From positions 27,170-91,169 of the forward strand of contig DAOUBH010000022.1 in NCBI GenBank assembly GCA_034432775.1: a stretch of DNA of 64,000 nucleotides. Reading direction: 5' to 3'. The notes beneath the pieces are model-generated. The model had not been told where the DNA came from and searched no databases. It worked only from the letters and a program-made list of their open reading frames with translations. Each line of letters opens with the position of its first letter. Position 1 is the first letter of the stretch. Below, in pieces: positions 21,346 to 31,929 of the stretch. This DNA comes from Chloroflexota bacterium (GTDB lineage Bacteria > Chloroflexota > Chloroflexia > DAOUBH01). Both the position numbers and the translations under genes were made by a program.

Positions 21346-22424
21346 GGCGTTTCAGAGGCTTACGGTGGTATCAGATCCTCACACTACTCGTGCTAGGGCT
21401 CTTTCTAGTTGCCTGCAGCCAGCCAACACCGGCACCCCCGGCCGGAGCCCAGGCAAGCCCAGCGCCCAGCCCAGCACAGCCTACCCCGACAGCCAAGCCG
21501 GCACCCGACAAGGTCACCCTCAGGCTCTCATGGCGGTGGAAGGCCGAGTTTGCACCCCTGGTCCTTGCTGACGACAAAGGCTTCTTCAAGGAAGAGAACA
21601 TTGAAGTGCAGCTCCTCGAAGGCAAGGGGTCTGGTGATGTAGTCCCCCTCATAGCCAACAAGACCGACACCTTCGGCTACCTTAATCTCACCACGGTGGC
21701 GATAAGCACAGCTAAAGGTCTACCCGTAAAGGTTGTGGCCGGTCTTATGGCTAAGAACCCTTCAGCTCTGGCCTTCTTCGCTGAGAAGAACATAAAGCAA
21801 CCCAAAGACCTAGAGGGCAAATCCATTGCCCTGACACCGGGTGAGGCCTTCGCCGTCATTTGGCCAGCTTTCGCTAAGAAATGGGATATCGATACCTCCA
21901 AAGTCACCACCGTCAACCTCGACCCCAGCGTTAAGAATCAGGCGTTCCTGGAAGGACGCATCGATGTACTTCCTGTCTATGTGAACAACGAGCTGCCTCA
22001 GATCCGCTACCAGGCCAAGAAGCCCATCGACATCCTCACGCCAGCCGATTGGGGCTTCAACACCATAGCCAACGGGATCATCACCCACGTGGACACCATC
22101 AAAGAAAAACCCGACCTGGTACGCAGGTTCGTCCGCGCCGTAGCTAAGGGTTACAAGTACGCAATCGACCATCCAGACGAGGCAGTAGCCGCCGTGTCCA
22201 AGCGGTCAGATGCCCTTGCCAGCCAGCCGAAGGAGGTGCTCCTCGAACAGGTCACAATGACCTTGGACTTTATGTACAGTCCCAACAACAAGGGCAAGCC
22301 CATCGGATGGATGGCCGATGAAGACTGGACCGCTACCATCGACCAACTCTTCCAGACCGGCGCCATCGATAAAAAGCTTCCCAACGACACCTTCTACACG
22401 AACGATTTCGTACCCAAGGAGTGA
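21342..22424 (+). CDS. ABC transporter substrate-binding lipoprotein (NMT1/THI5/SsuA-like)
   Basis: Signal peptide with lipobox LFLVAC-S, Pro/Ala-rich linker, periplasmic binding protein body; start overlaps LLM stop. Confidence 0.8.
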   Translation: MRRFRGLRWYQILTLLVLGLFLVACSQPTPAPPAGAQASPAPSPAQPTPTAKPAPDKVTLRLSWRWKAEFAPLVLADDKGFFKEENIEVQLLEGKGSGDVVPLIANKTDTFGYLNLTTVAISTAKGLPVKVVAGLMAKNPSALAFFAEKNIKQPKDLEGKSIALTPGEAFAVIWPAFAKKWDIDTSKVTTVNLDPSVKNQAFLEGRIDVLPVYVNNELPQIRYQAKKPIDILTPADWGFNTIANGIITHVDTIKEKPDLVRRFVRAVAKGYKYAIDHPDEAVAAVSKRSDALASQPKEVLLEQVTMTLDFMYSPNNKGKPIGWMADEDWTATIDQLFQTGAIDKKLPNDTFYTNDFVPKE

Positions 22425-22439
22425 ACTAACTAGAGGCCA

Positions 22440-22826
22440 GTGGAAAAGAGGTTCGTTAATCCAGCCGAACTGCATGCTCCCTTGGGAGCTGGCTGCCACG
22501 TAGCTGTGGCCGGCAGGACCATCTACGTGGCAGCCCAGCTTCCCTTGGACAAAGACGGTAACCTCGTCGGGCCCGGCGACCCTGTGGCTCAGGCCGAGCA
22601 GGTGTTCCGAAATCTGCAAGCAGCCCTTCGGGCCGTGGATGCCAACCTGGGGGATGTCGTCAAACTCACAACATATCTGAGAGACCTGGAGCATCGCCCC
22701 TTGGTCATGGAAGTACGTAATAGGTTCTTCGGTAGCCACCGCGCCCCGAGCACCCTGGCCCTGGTCGTAGACCTCCCGGTGCCGGGGGCTCTCCTCCAGA
22801 TCGACGCTATAGCCGTGAAGGACTGA
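22440..22826 (+). CDS. RidA/YjgF/Rid-family protein (paralog 1)
   Basis: 128 aa; RidA core (...IYVAAQLPLDKDGNLVGPGDPVAQAEQVFRNL...LLQIDAIAV). Confidence 0.85.
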   Translation: MEKRFVNPAELHAPLGAGCHVAVAGRTIYVAAQLPLDKDGNLVGPGDPVAQAEQVFRNLQAALRAVDANLGDVVKLTTYLRDLEHRPLVMEVRNRFFGSHRAPSTLALVVDLPVPGALLQIDAIAVKD

Positions 22827-22828
22827 TC

Positions 22829-23227
22829 ATGTGGGCCCGTAAAACTATTTCGCCCCCACAGAACCCGAGGCCCACCAGTTACTACTCCCATGGAGTCCTT
22901 GCAGGTCCGTGCCTCTATACTGCTGGCCAGACCTCCAGGGACCCCCACGGAAACCTTGTGGGGTCGGACAGCATAACTCTTCAGGCTGCCCAAGCTCTCC
23001 GCAACCTGAACAACGTACTGAACGAAGCAGGCATGACACCTTCCGACATCGTGTTCCTTCGTGTGTTCCTCAGGCGAGCCGAAGACTTTGAGGCTGTTTC
23101 GCAGGCCCTGAGGGCCTTCTTGGGCAGCCACACCCCTGCTATCACCGTAGCCATCGTAGAAGGGTTAGCATACCCCGAATACCTTCTGGAGATAGAGGCC
23201 ATAGCCGCAGCAGGGGACCCGCCATGA
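22829..23227 (+). CDS. RidA/YjgF/Rid-family protein (paralog 2)
   Basis: 132 aa; ...LYTAGQTSRDPHGNLVGSDSITLQAAQALRNL...LLEIEAIA. Confidence 0.85.
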   Translation: MWARKTISPPQNPRPTSYYSHGVLAGPCLYTAGQTSRDPHGNLVGSDSITLQAAQALRNLNNVLNEAGMTPSDIVFLRVFLRRAEDFEAVSQALRAFLGSHTPAITVAIVEGLAYPEYLLEIEAIAAAGDPP

Positions 23228-23607
23228 AGCAGCGGATCTCAGTACCGTCCATACATCGACCGACCACCTATTACTCTCATGCCATCGTAGTAGACGGGTG
23301 GGTGTACACGGCCGGCCAGGCTCCGCACCGTCCCGACGGAAGTGTCTGGGAGCCATCGGACCCTGAGGGCCAAATTCGCCAGGTATGGGAGAACATGCGC
23401 GAAGTCCTCGAGGCCGCTGGCTCGAATCCTGAGAATATCCTTCGCCTCGTCGTGCTGCTCAAGGACAGGGACCTCGTGCCTCTCTTCTGGAAAGTCTCCA
23501 GCGATTACTTGGGGACTTGCCGCCCGGCTACATCGCTGGCCGTGGTGAAGGGTATGGCCGATACCCGCTATCTAATAGAGATGGAGGCCATTGCGCTGTG
23601 CCGCTGA
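23224..23607 (+). CDS. RidA/YjgF/Rid-family protein (paralog 3)
   Basis: 127 aa; ...VYTAGQAPHRPDGSVWEPSDPEGQIRQVWENM...LIEMEAIA; ATGA overlap with paralog 2. Confidence 0.85.
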   Translation: MKQRISVPSIHRPTTYYSHAIVVDGWVYTAGQAPHRPDGSVWEPSDPEGQIRQVWENMREVLEAAGSNPENILRLVVLLKDRDLVPLFWKVSSDYLGTCRPATSLAVVKGMADTRYLIEMEAIALCR

Positions 23608-23622
23608 GCTTCCCAGCTCAGC
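23603..23622 (+). terminator. candidate stem-loop (gctgagc-ttccca-gctcagc) at convergent gene junction
   Basis: Perfect 7-bp inverted repeat overlapping the RidA-3 stop; weak T-tract only. Confidence 0.25.
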
Positions 23623-23702
23623 TCTTCGCACATCGCTATAAGGCTTACCCAGATCGCCGAGTGAACACAACTACGCACGGGGGAGCAGCACTGTTCTCCT
23701 CG

Positions 23703-25016
23703 CTAGTCCCCCTGGCACAGGACCTCTAGATCTTCCCAGAAGCCAGGATACGAGATATTCACGCACTGAGGGTCCGAGATCGAAGTCTCCCCGTGGGCCA
23801 CCAGACCTGCTACGGCCAGGGCCATGGCCATCCTATGATCTCCGTAGCTGTTCACAGCTGCCCCTCTGAGCTTCGCTGGTCCATAGATGCGGAGACCATC
23901 GGGCAACAGATCTATCTTAGCTCCCATGCGGCCCAGCTCCGTGGCTACAGCCAGCAGTCTATCGGTTTCCTTGTAGCGCAGTTCCTGGGCACCCCGGATG
24001 GAACTTACCCCTTCCGCAGCACACATAGCCACGGCCAGGATCGGCACCTCGTCGATTAACCGGGGGACCTCTTCAGGCACAATATCCGTTGCTCGTAACG
24101 TGCTACTAACAACGCGTAGATCTGCCAAGGGCTCCCCGCCTGTAGTCCTCAAGTTATTAGTCGTCACCTGGCCGCCCATCCTGCGCAGCACATCCACTAC
24201 ACCTGCACGAGTAGGGTTAACACCTGTGCCAAGCAGCTCAATATCTGCGTCGGAATGTATGCACCCTGCCACGAGCCAGAAGGCTGCCGATGAGATATCG
24301 TTGGGAACTACCACAGACAAAGGCTGCAAATCCTTCCCACCTCTCACGTAGATCGAGCCATCCTCGGACCGCAGGTCGGCGCCCATGGATCGGAGCATGC
24401 GCTCGGTATGGTCCCTTGAGGCTGTCTTCCCATATATCACTGTCTCGCCGGAGGCCATAAGGCCGGCCAGCAGCAGGGCAGACTTCACCTGTGCTGAGGC
24501 CACGGGCAGCTCATAGGATATAGCCTTGAGGTCGCCCCCCATTACAGCTATGGGAAGTCTTTCACCTCCCTGGCGTCCCCAGATGCGGGCACCCATAGAC
24601 CTAAGGGGAGCCACTACCCTGCCCATGGGTCGCGAACGAAGCGAGGCATCGCCAGTTAGCACCGCGAATAAGGGCTGGGCGGAGAGCATACCCAGCACCA
24701 GACGAGCCGTCGTGCCCGAATTGCGGGCGTCCAGTACGTCTTGGGGTTCCTGTAGCCCCTGCAGGCCCACCCCATGGACCCTCACAATCCAACGTCGGGA
24801 AGACTTGGCAACTACTTCGAGGGTCACCCCGAGGTGCTCTAGAATTTTCATGGTAGCCAAGCAGTCATCCCCGGGCAGAAAGTTCTCGACTAGGCTCTCA
24901 CCAACAGCCAGGGCTGGCAACAGAAGTGCCCTGTGAGATATCGATTTGTCTGGGGGCACTTCAACCCTACCTTTCAGGCCCGAGGGCGGCCGCACAACCT
25001 TGATGTCCCCACTCAT
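23703..25016 (-). CDS. aroA: 3-phosphoshikimate 1-carboxyvinyltransferase (EPSP synthase)
   Basis: N-terminus GRVEVPPDKSISHRALLL, later LGTGVNPTRAG; 437 aa. Confidence 0.95.
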   Translation of the reverse strand: MSGDIKVVRPPSGLKGRVEVPPDKSISHRALLLPALAVGESLVENFLPGDDCLATMKILEHLGVTLEVVAKSSRRWIVRVHGVGLQGLQEPQDVLDARNSGTTARLVLGMLSAQPLFAVLTGDASLRSRPMGRVVAPLRSMGARIWGRQGGERLPIAVMGGDLKAISYELPVASAQVKSALLLAGLMASGETVIYGKTASRDHTERMLRSMGADLRSEDGSIYVRGGKDLQPLSVVVPNDISSAAFWLVAGCIHSDADIELLGTGVNPTRAGVVDVLRRMGGQVTTNNLRTTGGEPLADLRVVSSTLRATDIVPEEVPRLIDEVPILAVAMCAAEGVSSIRGAQELRYKETDRLLAVATELGRMGAKIDLLPDGLRIYGPAKLRGAAVNSYGDHRMAMALAVAGLVAHGETSISDPQCVNISYPGFWEDLEVLCQGD

Positions 25017-25453
25017 ACCAGAGAGTACCTGTCTCGCTTATAGTCATCCAGAAAGACTGCGCAGCTGTCACACAAAACCACATAGCCCTTTCGCATACGG
25101 GTGCCGGCTAGGGTCTTGTGCCTGTAGGAGTATCCATAACGGGACACATGGCGCGAGCAGTAGTAGACTCTACATCTGTCACAGGAAGTCAGCGAAAGGC
25201 CACCACAACCTTCCCAACCACAAAGCCCTTTGGCGTTAAGGGAAGCGCCCACTTGCCTTCGGCGTTGTTCCAATATTTCCCCGGCCTCTCGGGCCGCATC
25301 CCGCCAGAAAGCAGGAAGGCAACCGAGGCAGACCCTCCTGTTGACATCGCCGTGGGCCACGCAGAAGTATCGGCCACAGTAGGTACAACGATCCACGGGC
25401 TCACGCCTGCAGGCAAGTACCCGAAGTCGTTTCGTCTCACACGTGAGGGCCAT
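25013..25453 (-). CDS. cysteine-rich hypothetical protein with two C-x2-C-x4-C-x2-H ... C-x2-C repeats (zinc-ribbon-like)
   Basis: 146 aa, 14 Cys; CTYCGRYFCVAH...CLGC and CDRCRVYYCSRH...CDSC; stop overlaps aroA start (ATGA); 12 bp downstream of aroC. Confidence 0.5.
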   Translation of the reverse strand: MALTCETKRLRVLACRREPVDRCTYCGRYFCVAHGDVNRRVCLGCLPAFWRDAAREAGEILEQRRRQVGASLNAKGLCGWEGCGGLSLTSCDRCRVYYCSRHVSRYGYSYRHKTLAGTRMRKGYVVLCDSCAVFLDDYKRDRYSLV

Positions 25454-25465
25454 GGCCAGCCCACT

Positions 25466-26548
25466 TTACAAACGCGCCAGACGCTGACGGAGCCAATGAT
25501 CGACTAGCACCAGTGCCATCATAGCCTCAGCCACAGGCACCACTCGTGGGCATATGTTGGGGTCATGCCGACCCTTTACCTCTACTGGTACGGCTCTACC
25601 GTACCTGTCCACGGTTGTCTGGGGCCTCGAAATAGACGAGGTAGGCTTCACAGCTATACGCACAACGATATCCGCACCGGTAGATATACCGCCCAAGATG
25701 CCTCCAGCGTTGTTGGTTCTCGGTAAAATCCGCCCACCTACGTTGGCAAACTCGTCGTTGGATTGGGAGCCCCGAAGCCTCGCTGCCTCAAAACCCGCGC
25801 CAATCTCGACACCCTTCACGGCCGGTATACTGAGCATCGCTTTTCCAAGGTCGGCATCCAGCTTGTCGAACACCGGTTCGCCGAGGCCAGGAGGAACGCC
25901 CAGCCCCCATACCTCCACAATACCTCCGAGGGAATCCCCTTCCTGGCGGGCTGCTTCGATGGCCTCGATCATCTGCTTGGCGGCTTCTAGGTCCGGTGCC
26001 CGCACCGGGTTTTCCTCTATAACGTCCAAATCCACCCGTTCAGCACGGATCTCCCCAACCTGGCGCGTGAATCCTACTATCCTTATGCCAACAGTGGCCA
26101 GCAACTTCTTTGCCACGGCACCCGCCGCCACACGGCCTACCGTCTCTCTGGCACTTGCCCTGCCCCCACCACGATAGTCGCGGATCCCGTACTTGGCCTC
26201 GTAGGTGAAATCGGCATGACCCGGTCGGTATAGGTCCTTGAGGGGTTCATACTTTGTCGAATCGACGTCTTCGTTCCAAACCAACATGGATATTGGGGTC
26301 CCCGTGGTCACCCCTTCGAAGACACCCGATAAGATCTGAACCGTGTCGCTCTCCTTGCGAGGCGTTGTTATCGAACTCTGGCCGGGGCGGCGTCGATCTA
26401 ACTCTTTCTGAACGTCGGCTTCACTCAGGGGAAGCCCTGCAGGGCAGCCATCGATCACCACCCCGACGGCCGCCCCGTGGGATTCGCCCCAGGTGGTAAT
26501 TCGGAACACACTGCCAAAGGTATTGCCCATGTCTCTGGTCAAAGCCAA
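25466..26548 (-). CDS. aroC: chorismate synthase
   Basis: [33 protein letters not shown]...; 360 aa. Confidence 0.95.
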   Translation of the reverse strand: MALTRDMGNTFGSVFRITTWGESHGAAVGVVIDGCPAGLPLSEADVQKELDRRRPGQSSITTPRKESDTVQILSGVFEGVTTGTPISMLVWNEDVDSTKYEPLKDLYRPGHADFTYEAKYGIRDYRGGGRASARETVGRVAAGAVAKKLLATVGIRIVGFTRQVGEIRAERVDLDVIEENPVRAPDLEAAKQMIEAIEAARQEGDSLGGIVEVWGLGVPPGLGEPVFDKLDADLGKAMLSIPAVKGVEIGAGFEAARLRGSQSNDEFANVGGRILPRTNNAGGILGGISTGADIVVRIAVKPTSSISRPQTTVDRYGRAVPVEVKGRHDPNICPRVVPVAEAMMALVLVDHWLRQRLARL

Positions 26549-27357
26549 AAGGCATAGAGGGTTTGCATTCCAGCCTCTCTGCGAAACCCGAAGCCTTCGT
26601 AGAGCCTGCGGGATACCACGTTTCTGTCCTGGGTGCTGAGATTTACCTGGTGCATTCTACGCAAAGCCAGTAGTTTCACCAAAAACCTCAGCATCTCGGG
26701 AGCGAGTCGGCGGCCCTGAAACTCGGGAAGGATGGCAATACGGTCCAGGTGAGCCCAGAAGCCGTAAGTCGCATAGCTGAAATAACCTATGTTCCTTCCT
26801 TCAAGGCTTACTAGATAGGCCTCGACCTCAGGCTGATTCAGATACTCTTGAAAGGCCTCGCGCTCGTTCCACCAAAGCCAGGGATATGCCGCATGGTCAA
26901 TTTCCAGTATATCATCTAACTCGGCGTTTCCTGCCCTCCGGAAGCCCAGTTGTTGAGCCGGGTCTCCTTCGTCGCCCCGAACGCGATATGTGTAGTAAAT
27001 GAGGCGTTCCCATTCCACAAATCCAAGGTCAAGCCACAGGTTACCTTCCGGTAGAATTCCGTCGACCAGCAACAGCACCACCAGGGTCCCCAGGCTACGG
27101 AAGCTCCCCACAAGCGCATCCCACAGTACAGGTATGTCTTTATCCTCCCTACGGTATTCGACCACGTGCCCTATGGCCCTCCGACGCATCCATAGGTCGC
27201 CGATGAGATAATTACCGCTGTCTGGCATCCACCAGGCCAGGCCTGGATTGGCCTGTACATGCCGAAGGATATCTTCCTCAGGAATTAGGCTGTACCAACC
27301 CATGCCGAGTGCCTTCACATCGTCGGGGCGAAGTGGCAAGGGTCCTTTGAGGCTCAC
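26539..27357 (-). CDS. GNAT-family N-acetyltransferase domain protein
   Basis: C-terminal acetyl-CoA motif region [15 protein letters not shown]; N-terminal domain of unknown function. Confidence 0.55.
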   Translation of the reverse strand: MSLKGPLPLRPDDVKALGMGWYSLIPEEDILRHVQANPGLAWWMPDSGNYLIGDLWMRRRAIGHVVEYRREDKDIPVLWDALVGSFRSLGTLVVLLLVDGILPEGNLWLDLGFVEWERLIYYTYRVRGDEGDPAQQLGFRRAGNAELDDILEIDHAAYPWLWWNEREAFQEYLNQPEVEAYLVSLEGRNIGYFSYATYGFWAHLDRIAILPEFQGRRLAPEMLRFLVKLLALRRMHQVNLSTQDRNVVSRRLYEGFGFRREAGMQTLYAFWL

Positions 27358-28988
27358 TGGGAAACCTTATAGGCAGAGTCGAGACGAAGAAGGCCAAGGG
27401 GAGTCAGTTTTATCCCCTTGACAGAAGGCTTCACCAAAAGGTTCTCCTTTCCGTAATAGATCGGTATCACCACGTGTTCGCTCAGGGCAAGCTCTTCGGC
27501 CCGACGCAGGGCCTCGCGTCTCTGATCGCCGGACAGAGAAGCCGATTTCTCGATCAGCTGGTCGAACTCCTTGCTTGAGAAACCCACATGGTTAGCCCCT
27601 CCCTTGGAGGCGAGCAGAGGTTCTAGGATAGCGACAGGGTCAGGATAGTCCGCGATCCAACTAGAAATGAAGGCAGGCATCTCACCCCTGTCCAGCAAAG
27701 CCAGATAATCCCTCCACTCCACTCTCCTGACCTCCACCTCCAAACCGAGGTTATCCCTCCACTGCGCTGCGATGGCTTCTGCCAGCCGACCTCCCGTAGT
27801 ATACAGGTGGATGATGGGCAAGTTTTCCGGTCCCATATATGTCGATTCCCGCAGCAGTTGCCTGGCCTTAAAGAAATCCACGTTCTGCTGCGATGACAGG
27901 CTGTATCCGGCGAGGCTTGGAGGCACCAGACCCAAAGCAGGCTCCACACTGCCGTGGTATGAAGCCTTAGCGATCTTGCCGCGGTCCACTGCCAGGTAGA
28001 GAGCTTCCCGCACTTTGGGATCCTCGAAAGGCTTTGTCCGAAGGTTGAGACCCACATAAGTTACCGAGAACTCATCCACCTCCTGAAGCTCCCGGGAGAG
28101 GTTGCTGGAAGGATCTTTCACCCGGAACAGGTCGTCGGCCCCAACCCAAGCTAGATCTACCTTACCAGCCTCGTACAGGTTGAGGGGCTGAAGGGCCTCC
28201 GGGGATAAGATCAGCCGCACCTCTTTCACTGCTGGCCGTCTCCGGGGATAGGTGTCCGCGGGCACTAGCCGCATGAGCTCCTGCCGCCTCCACTCTTCCA
28301 CCCTGAAGGGCCCAGACCCATTCGGTTTCAGGGTCCAGTCGCCCCCAGCCGAAATCTGCTTCCTGTCGACCACGAAGGCGCAGGGAAAAGCCAGCTTGTA
28401 AAGAAAAGTTGGGTCGGGTCTAGACAACGCGATCTGGAGCTTGGTGGACCCCAGAACCCGCACGCCATCCAGCCCCGAGGCTTTACCCGAAATCCTCTCC
28501 TCGAAACCTTTGATGGTCGATAGGTAAGTGGCTGCTGGTAAGGTGGAGGGTGCATCGGGATAGGCTAGACTCGGATCGCTGGCCCGGTCCAGAGAGAATT
28601 TGATGTCCTCTGCCGTTATAGGCCTTCCGTCCTGGAATCTCGCATCAGACCTCAAGGTAAAGGTGTAGACGGTTCCATCTGACGAGACCTCGGGAAGCGA
28701 CGCAGCCAAGTCAGGCTGAAGGTTCAGATCATCGTCCAAGGTAAGCAGTCCACTAAATACCTGCCTGGCGACAAAAGCTGAGTCTACATCTTTGACCAAC
28801 GCCGGATCGAGGGTAGATGGGTCATCCCCGAGCGGGATCGACAAAGTCTGATCACCGCCAAGGGTGACTTCAGGCAGCCTGTAGTTCCAGCTTAAATCGG
28901 AGCAGGCCCCAAGGAAAAAGGCGAGAAGGGCGAAAAGTACAAGGAACGTCCTGGATCTCAGCATCAAACCTGTTCTGCGAAATGACAC
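27354..28988 (-). CDS. ABC transporter substrate-binding lipoprotein, family 5 (peptide/nickel type)
   Basis: Lipoprotein signal FLGAC-S; 544 aa, size and layout of OppA/DppA-like binding proteins. Confidence 0.8.
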   Translation of the reverse strand: MSFRRTGLMLRSRTFLVLFALLAFFLGACSDLSWNYRLPEVTLGGDQTLSIPLGDDPSTLDPALVKDVDSAFVARQVFSGLLTLDDDLNLQPDLAASLPEVSSDGTVYTFTLRSDARFQDGRPITAEDIKFSLDRASDPSLAYPDAPSTLPAATYLSTIKGFEERISGKASGLDGVRVLGSTKLQIALSRPDPTFLYKLAFPCAFVVDRKQISAGGDWTLKPNGSGPFRVEEWRRQELMRLVPADTYPRRRPAVKEVRLILSPEALQPLNLYEAGKVDLAWVGADDLFRVKDPSSNLSRELQEVDEFSVTYVGLNLRTKPFEDPKVREALYLAVDRGKIAKASYHGSVEPALGLVPPSLAGYSLSSQQNVDFFKARQLLRESTYMGPENLPIIHLYTTGGRLAEAIAAQWRDNLGLEVEVRRVEWRDYLALLDRGEMPAFISSWIADYPDPVAILEPLLASKGGANHVGFSSKEFDQLIEKSASLSGDQRREALRRAEELALSEHVVIPIYYGKENLLVKPSVKGIKLTPLGLLRLDSAYKVSQ

Positions 28989-29989
28989 GCGCTCAGATGT
29001 TCGCCATCGATCTTCCTAAGGGGCGGCTCCACCTTGCGACAGATCTCCTGGGCCATCCAACATCTGGTATGGAACCTGCAGCCCTCCGGCGGACGGAGAG
29101 CGCTGGGCACCTCTCCTGTCAGCACGATTCGCTCTCGCCGAAGCCTAGGATTAGGTACCGGTATCGCTGACAGAAGGGCCTTCGTATAAGGATGTTTCGG
29201 CCGTGAGAACAAGGCATCCACCGGTGCTATCTCGACCATCTTGCCCAAGTACATTACCCCAACCCTGTCCGATATATGCTCCACCACGCTCAGGTTGTGG
29301 GCAATGAAAAGATAGGTGAGGTTGTACTCCCTTTGAAGGTCGCGCAGGAGGTTGAGGACCTGGGACTGGATGGACACATCCAAGGCCGAAACGGGTTCGT
29401 CGCATACGATGAACTTCGGACTCAGGGCCAGAGCACGGGCTATCCCGATCCGCTGCCTTTGGCCACCGCTGAATTCATGAGGATACCGGCGGGCGTGTTC
29501 AGGATGCAGGCCCACCCGAGCCAGTAATTCCTGTACTCTCATCTCCCTCCAGGCCCTGTCTCCAATTTTGTGGATCACCAGGCCTTCAGCTATGCTCTCG
29601 CCGACAGGCATCCTGGGGTCAAGGGAAGAATAGGGGTCTTGGAATATAATCTGCATGTTCCGCCGCAGAGCCTTCAGCTCACTTCCCTTGATCCGAAACA
29701 GGGGCTTGCCGTCGAAGAATACCTCGCCCTTAGTGGGAGGAATCAATCCGAGAATGGTGCGGCCCAGGGTAGTTTTACCACAGCCACTTTCCCCGACGAG
29801 ACCGAAAGTCTCTCCTTCCCGCACTGAGAAGCTCACGCCATCTACAGCCTTGATGTACCCTGCCACTCTTTGCAGGATCCCACGCCTGACAGGAAAGTAC
29901 TTGTGGAGATCGTTGACGATCAGCAGGTCACGGCCTCGTGAACCCGACCTATCCTGTACCGACACGGCCCCCTCAGCGTGCCCCGTCAC
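28964..29989 (-). CDS. peptide ABC transporter ATP-binding protein (OppF/DppF-like)
   Basis: Walker [10 protein letters not shown], signature FSGGQRQR, Walker [14 protein letters not shown]-terminal oligopeptide-type extension. Confidence 0.85.
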   Translation of the reverse strand: MTGHAEGAVSVQDRSGSRGRDLLIVNDLHKYFPVRRGILQRVAGYIKAVDGVSFSVREGETFGLVGESGCGKTTLGRTILGLIPPTKGEVFFDGKPLFRIKGSELKALRRNMQIIFQDPYSSLDPRMPVGESIAEGLVIHKIGDRAWREMRVQELLARVGLHPEHARRYPHEFSGGQRQRIGIARALALSPKFIVCDEPVSALDVSIQSQVLNLLRDLQREYNLTYLFIAHNLSVVEHISDRVGVMYLGKMVEIAPVDALFSRPKHPYTKALLSAIPVPNPRLRRERIVLTGEVPSALRPPEGCRFHTRCWMAQEICRKVEPPLRKIDGEHLSACHFAEQV

Positions 29990-31005
29990 CCTTCCTCCCT
30001 CTGCACTGCGTGGGCTACTGCTTCGCCAGCCGCTCTGTCATGGTACAGCCAGCAACGGACCCTACGAGTTGCCTGTCCGTTATAGGGAAGGAGCTCGGGC
30101 TCGGCCTTGTCGCAGGGCTCAAACCGTTTGGCACACCGGGGATGGAACCTGCACCCGGAAGGAAGGTTCAGCATGTTGGGCACTGAACCCGGTATGACTT
30201 CCAGGCGATCCTTGTTGATCCCAAGAACAGGGATAGAGGCCAGCAGGGCCTGGGTGTACGGATGAAGGGGCTCCTCGAACAGAGAATATGCGTCGGCATA
30301 CTCCACAATCTTGCCTGCATACATAACGGCCACGTTATCGGCCATCTCGGCCACAACTCCCAGGTCATGGGTAATCAGGATTATGGCCGTTCCGTGCCGC
30401 TTGCGGAGTTCCTTCATAAGCTCCAGGATCTGGGCCTGCACCGTGACGTCAAGAGCAGTAGTGGGCTCATCGGCAATCAACAGCTCTGGCTCGTTCGCCA
30501 GGGCCATGGCTATCATCACCCTCTGGGCCATGCCCCCCGAAAGTTCGTGCGGATAGGCGTGCATACGTCTTGCTGCATCTGGCACGCCTACTTCCTCCAG
30601 GAGCATCGTGCTTCTCTGCCAGGCTTCGTCTCGGCTCATGCCCCGGTGCACCATCAGCACCTCGGCTATCTGGTCTCCCACCTTGTATACCGGATTCAAG
30701 CAACTAGTGGGCTGCTGGAAGATCATGGAGATGCGGTTGCCCCTGTACTGGAGCATCTCATGCTCGGAGAGCTTGAGCAGATCGACCCCATCGAAGGTCA
30801 CCTGTCCTTCGACAATGCGGCCAGGAGGAGCAATCAGCCGCAGTATCGAAAGGGAGGTGACGCTCTTCCCGCAGCCGCTCTCTCCCACCAACCCCAGCAC
30901 CTCGCCTTCTCTCACGACCAGGTCGACCCCGTCGACGGCCCGAACGACCCCTTCGGTGGTGTAGAAGTAGGTTTTCAGATTTTCAACCCTCAGCAGCTCC
31001 TTCAT
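29986..31005 (-). CDS. peptide ABC transporter ATP-binding protein (OppD/DppD-like)
   Basis: Walker [30 protein letters not shown]. Confidence 0.85.
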   Translation of the reverse strand: MKELLRVENLKTYFYTTEGVVRAVDGVDLVVREGEVLGLVGESGCGKSVTSLSILRLIAPPGRIVEGQVTFDGVDLLKLSEHEMLQYRGNRISMIFQQPTSCLNPVYKVGDQIAEVLMVHRGMSRDEAWQRSTMLLEEVGVPDAARRMHAYPHELSGGMAQRVMIAMALANEPELLIADEPTTALDVTVQAQILELMKELRKRHGTAIILITHDLGVVAEMADNVAVMYAGKIVEYADAYSLFEEPLHPYTQALLASIPVLGINKDRLEVIPGSVPNMLNLPSGCRFHPRCAKRFEPCDKAEPELLPYNGQATRRVRCWLYHDRAAGEAVAHAVQREEG

Positions 31006-31013
31006 AGCTTACT

Positions 31014-31916
31014 TCAGACCTTCAGTCTGGGATCCAGAGAATCCCGCAGCGCATCTCCGATGAAGTTGAGGGATAGGACCGTCAGGAAGATGCAGGCGCC
31101 AGGGTATATGGCCAGCCAGGGGTTGCTCCACATGTACTGCTGAACTCCATAGAGCATGTTGCCCCAGCTGGGAACCGGCGGCTGAATCCCCAGCCCCAGG
31201 AAGCTGAGGGCAGACTCTGTGATAATGAAAGCCCCCACCGATAGCGTGGCCTGCACAATAATGGGCGCCATCGAGTTCGGCACCAGGTGACGGAACATGA
31301 TCCTAATATTGGAGGCCCCCAGGGCCCGAGCAGCCTCCACGAAGTCCTGGCCCCTCAAAGAGAGCACGGTACCCCTTACGAGCCTAGCCGCCGGCATCCA
31401 GCCAAATATGGTGAGGATTATGACCATGTTGAGCACAACTATACCAACATGGCCTGTGGTGCCCACCATCTTCGAAAAGATGATCAAAAGCGGTAGGGTG
31501 GGGAGCGAGAGCATCAAGTCCACAATGCGCATACTGACAGCATCCACCCAGCCTCCGAAGAACCCCGAAACTACCCCTACCACTGTACCTATGGCGATAG
31601 TAAGAACCATGGCAGTGAAGCTTACCAGCAGGGAGATCCTGCCCGCGTACATCAAGCGAGTGAGGGTATCGCGTCCCAACTCATCGGTTCCCAAGAGGTG
31701 GGCACTGGTCGGGCCACCGAACATATTGCTGAGGTCCTGCTGGTCATAGGTATAGGGAGATACTAAAGGCACAGCTATAACACCAAGCACGAGGAGGGCC
31801 AGAATCACAAGCCCCACCACAGCCATCCTATGGCGCCGAAAGCGCCGCCAGAGGACCACGATGAAGGATGGTTCCGGAGGGGCTAGTAGTTCGACTTCAG
31901 CTCGAGCAACAGCCAT
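31014..31916 (-). CDS. peptide ABC transporter permease (OppC/DppC-like)
   Basis: Polytopic permease with ABC EAA-type loop region. Confidence 0.85.
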   Translation of the reverse strand: MAVARAEVELLAPPEPSFIVVLWRRFRRHRMAVVGLVILALLVLGVIAVPLVSPYTYDQQDLSNMFGGPTSAHLLGTDELGRDTLTRLMYAGRISLLVSFTAMVLTIAIGTVVGVVSGFFGGWVDAVSMRIVDLMLSLPTLPLLIIFSKMVGTTGHVGIVVLNMVIILTIFGWMPAARLVRGTVLSLRGQDFVEAARALGASNIRIMFRHLVPNSMAPIIVQATLSVGAFIITESALSFLGLGIQPPVPSWGNMLYGVQQYMWSNPWLAIYPGACIFLTVLSLNFIGDALRDSLDPRLKV

Positions 31917-31929
31917 CTCGCCAGTGACC

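Noticed and set aside
30262-31143. 293-aa plus-strand ORF
   Set aside because: Antisense to the oppD-like ATPase and oppC-like permease; His/Gly/Leu-rich junk translation.
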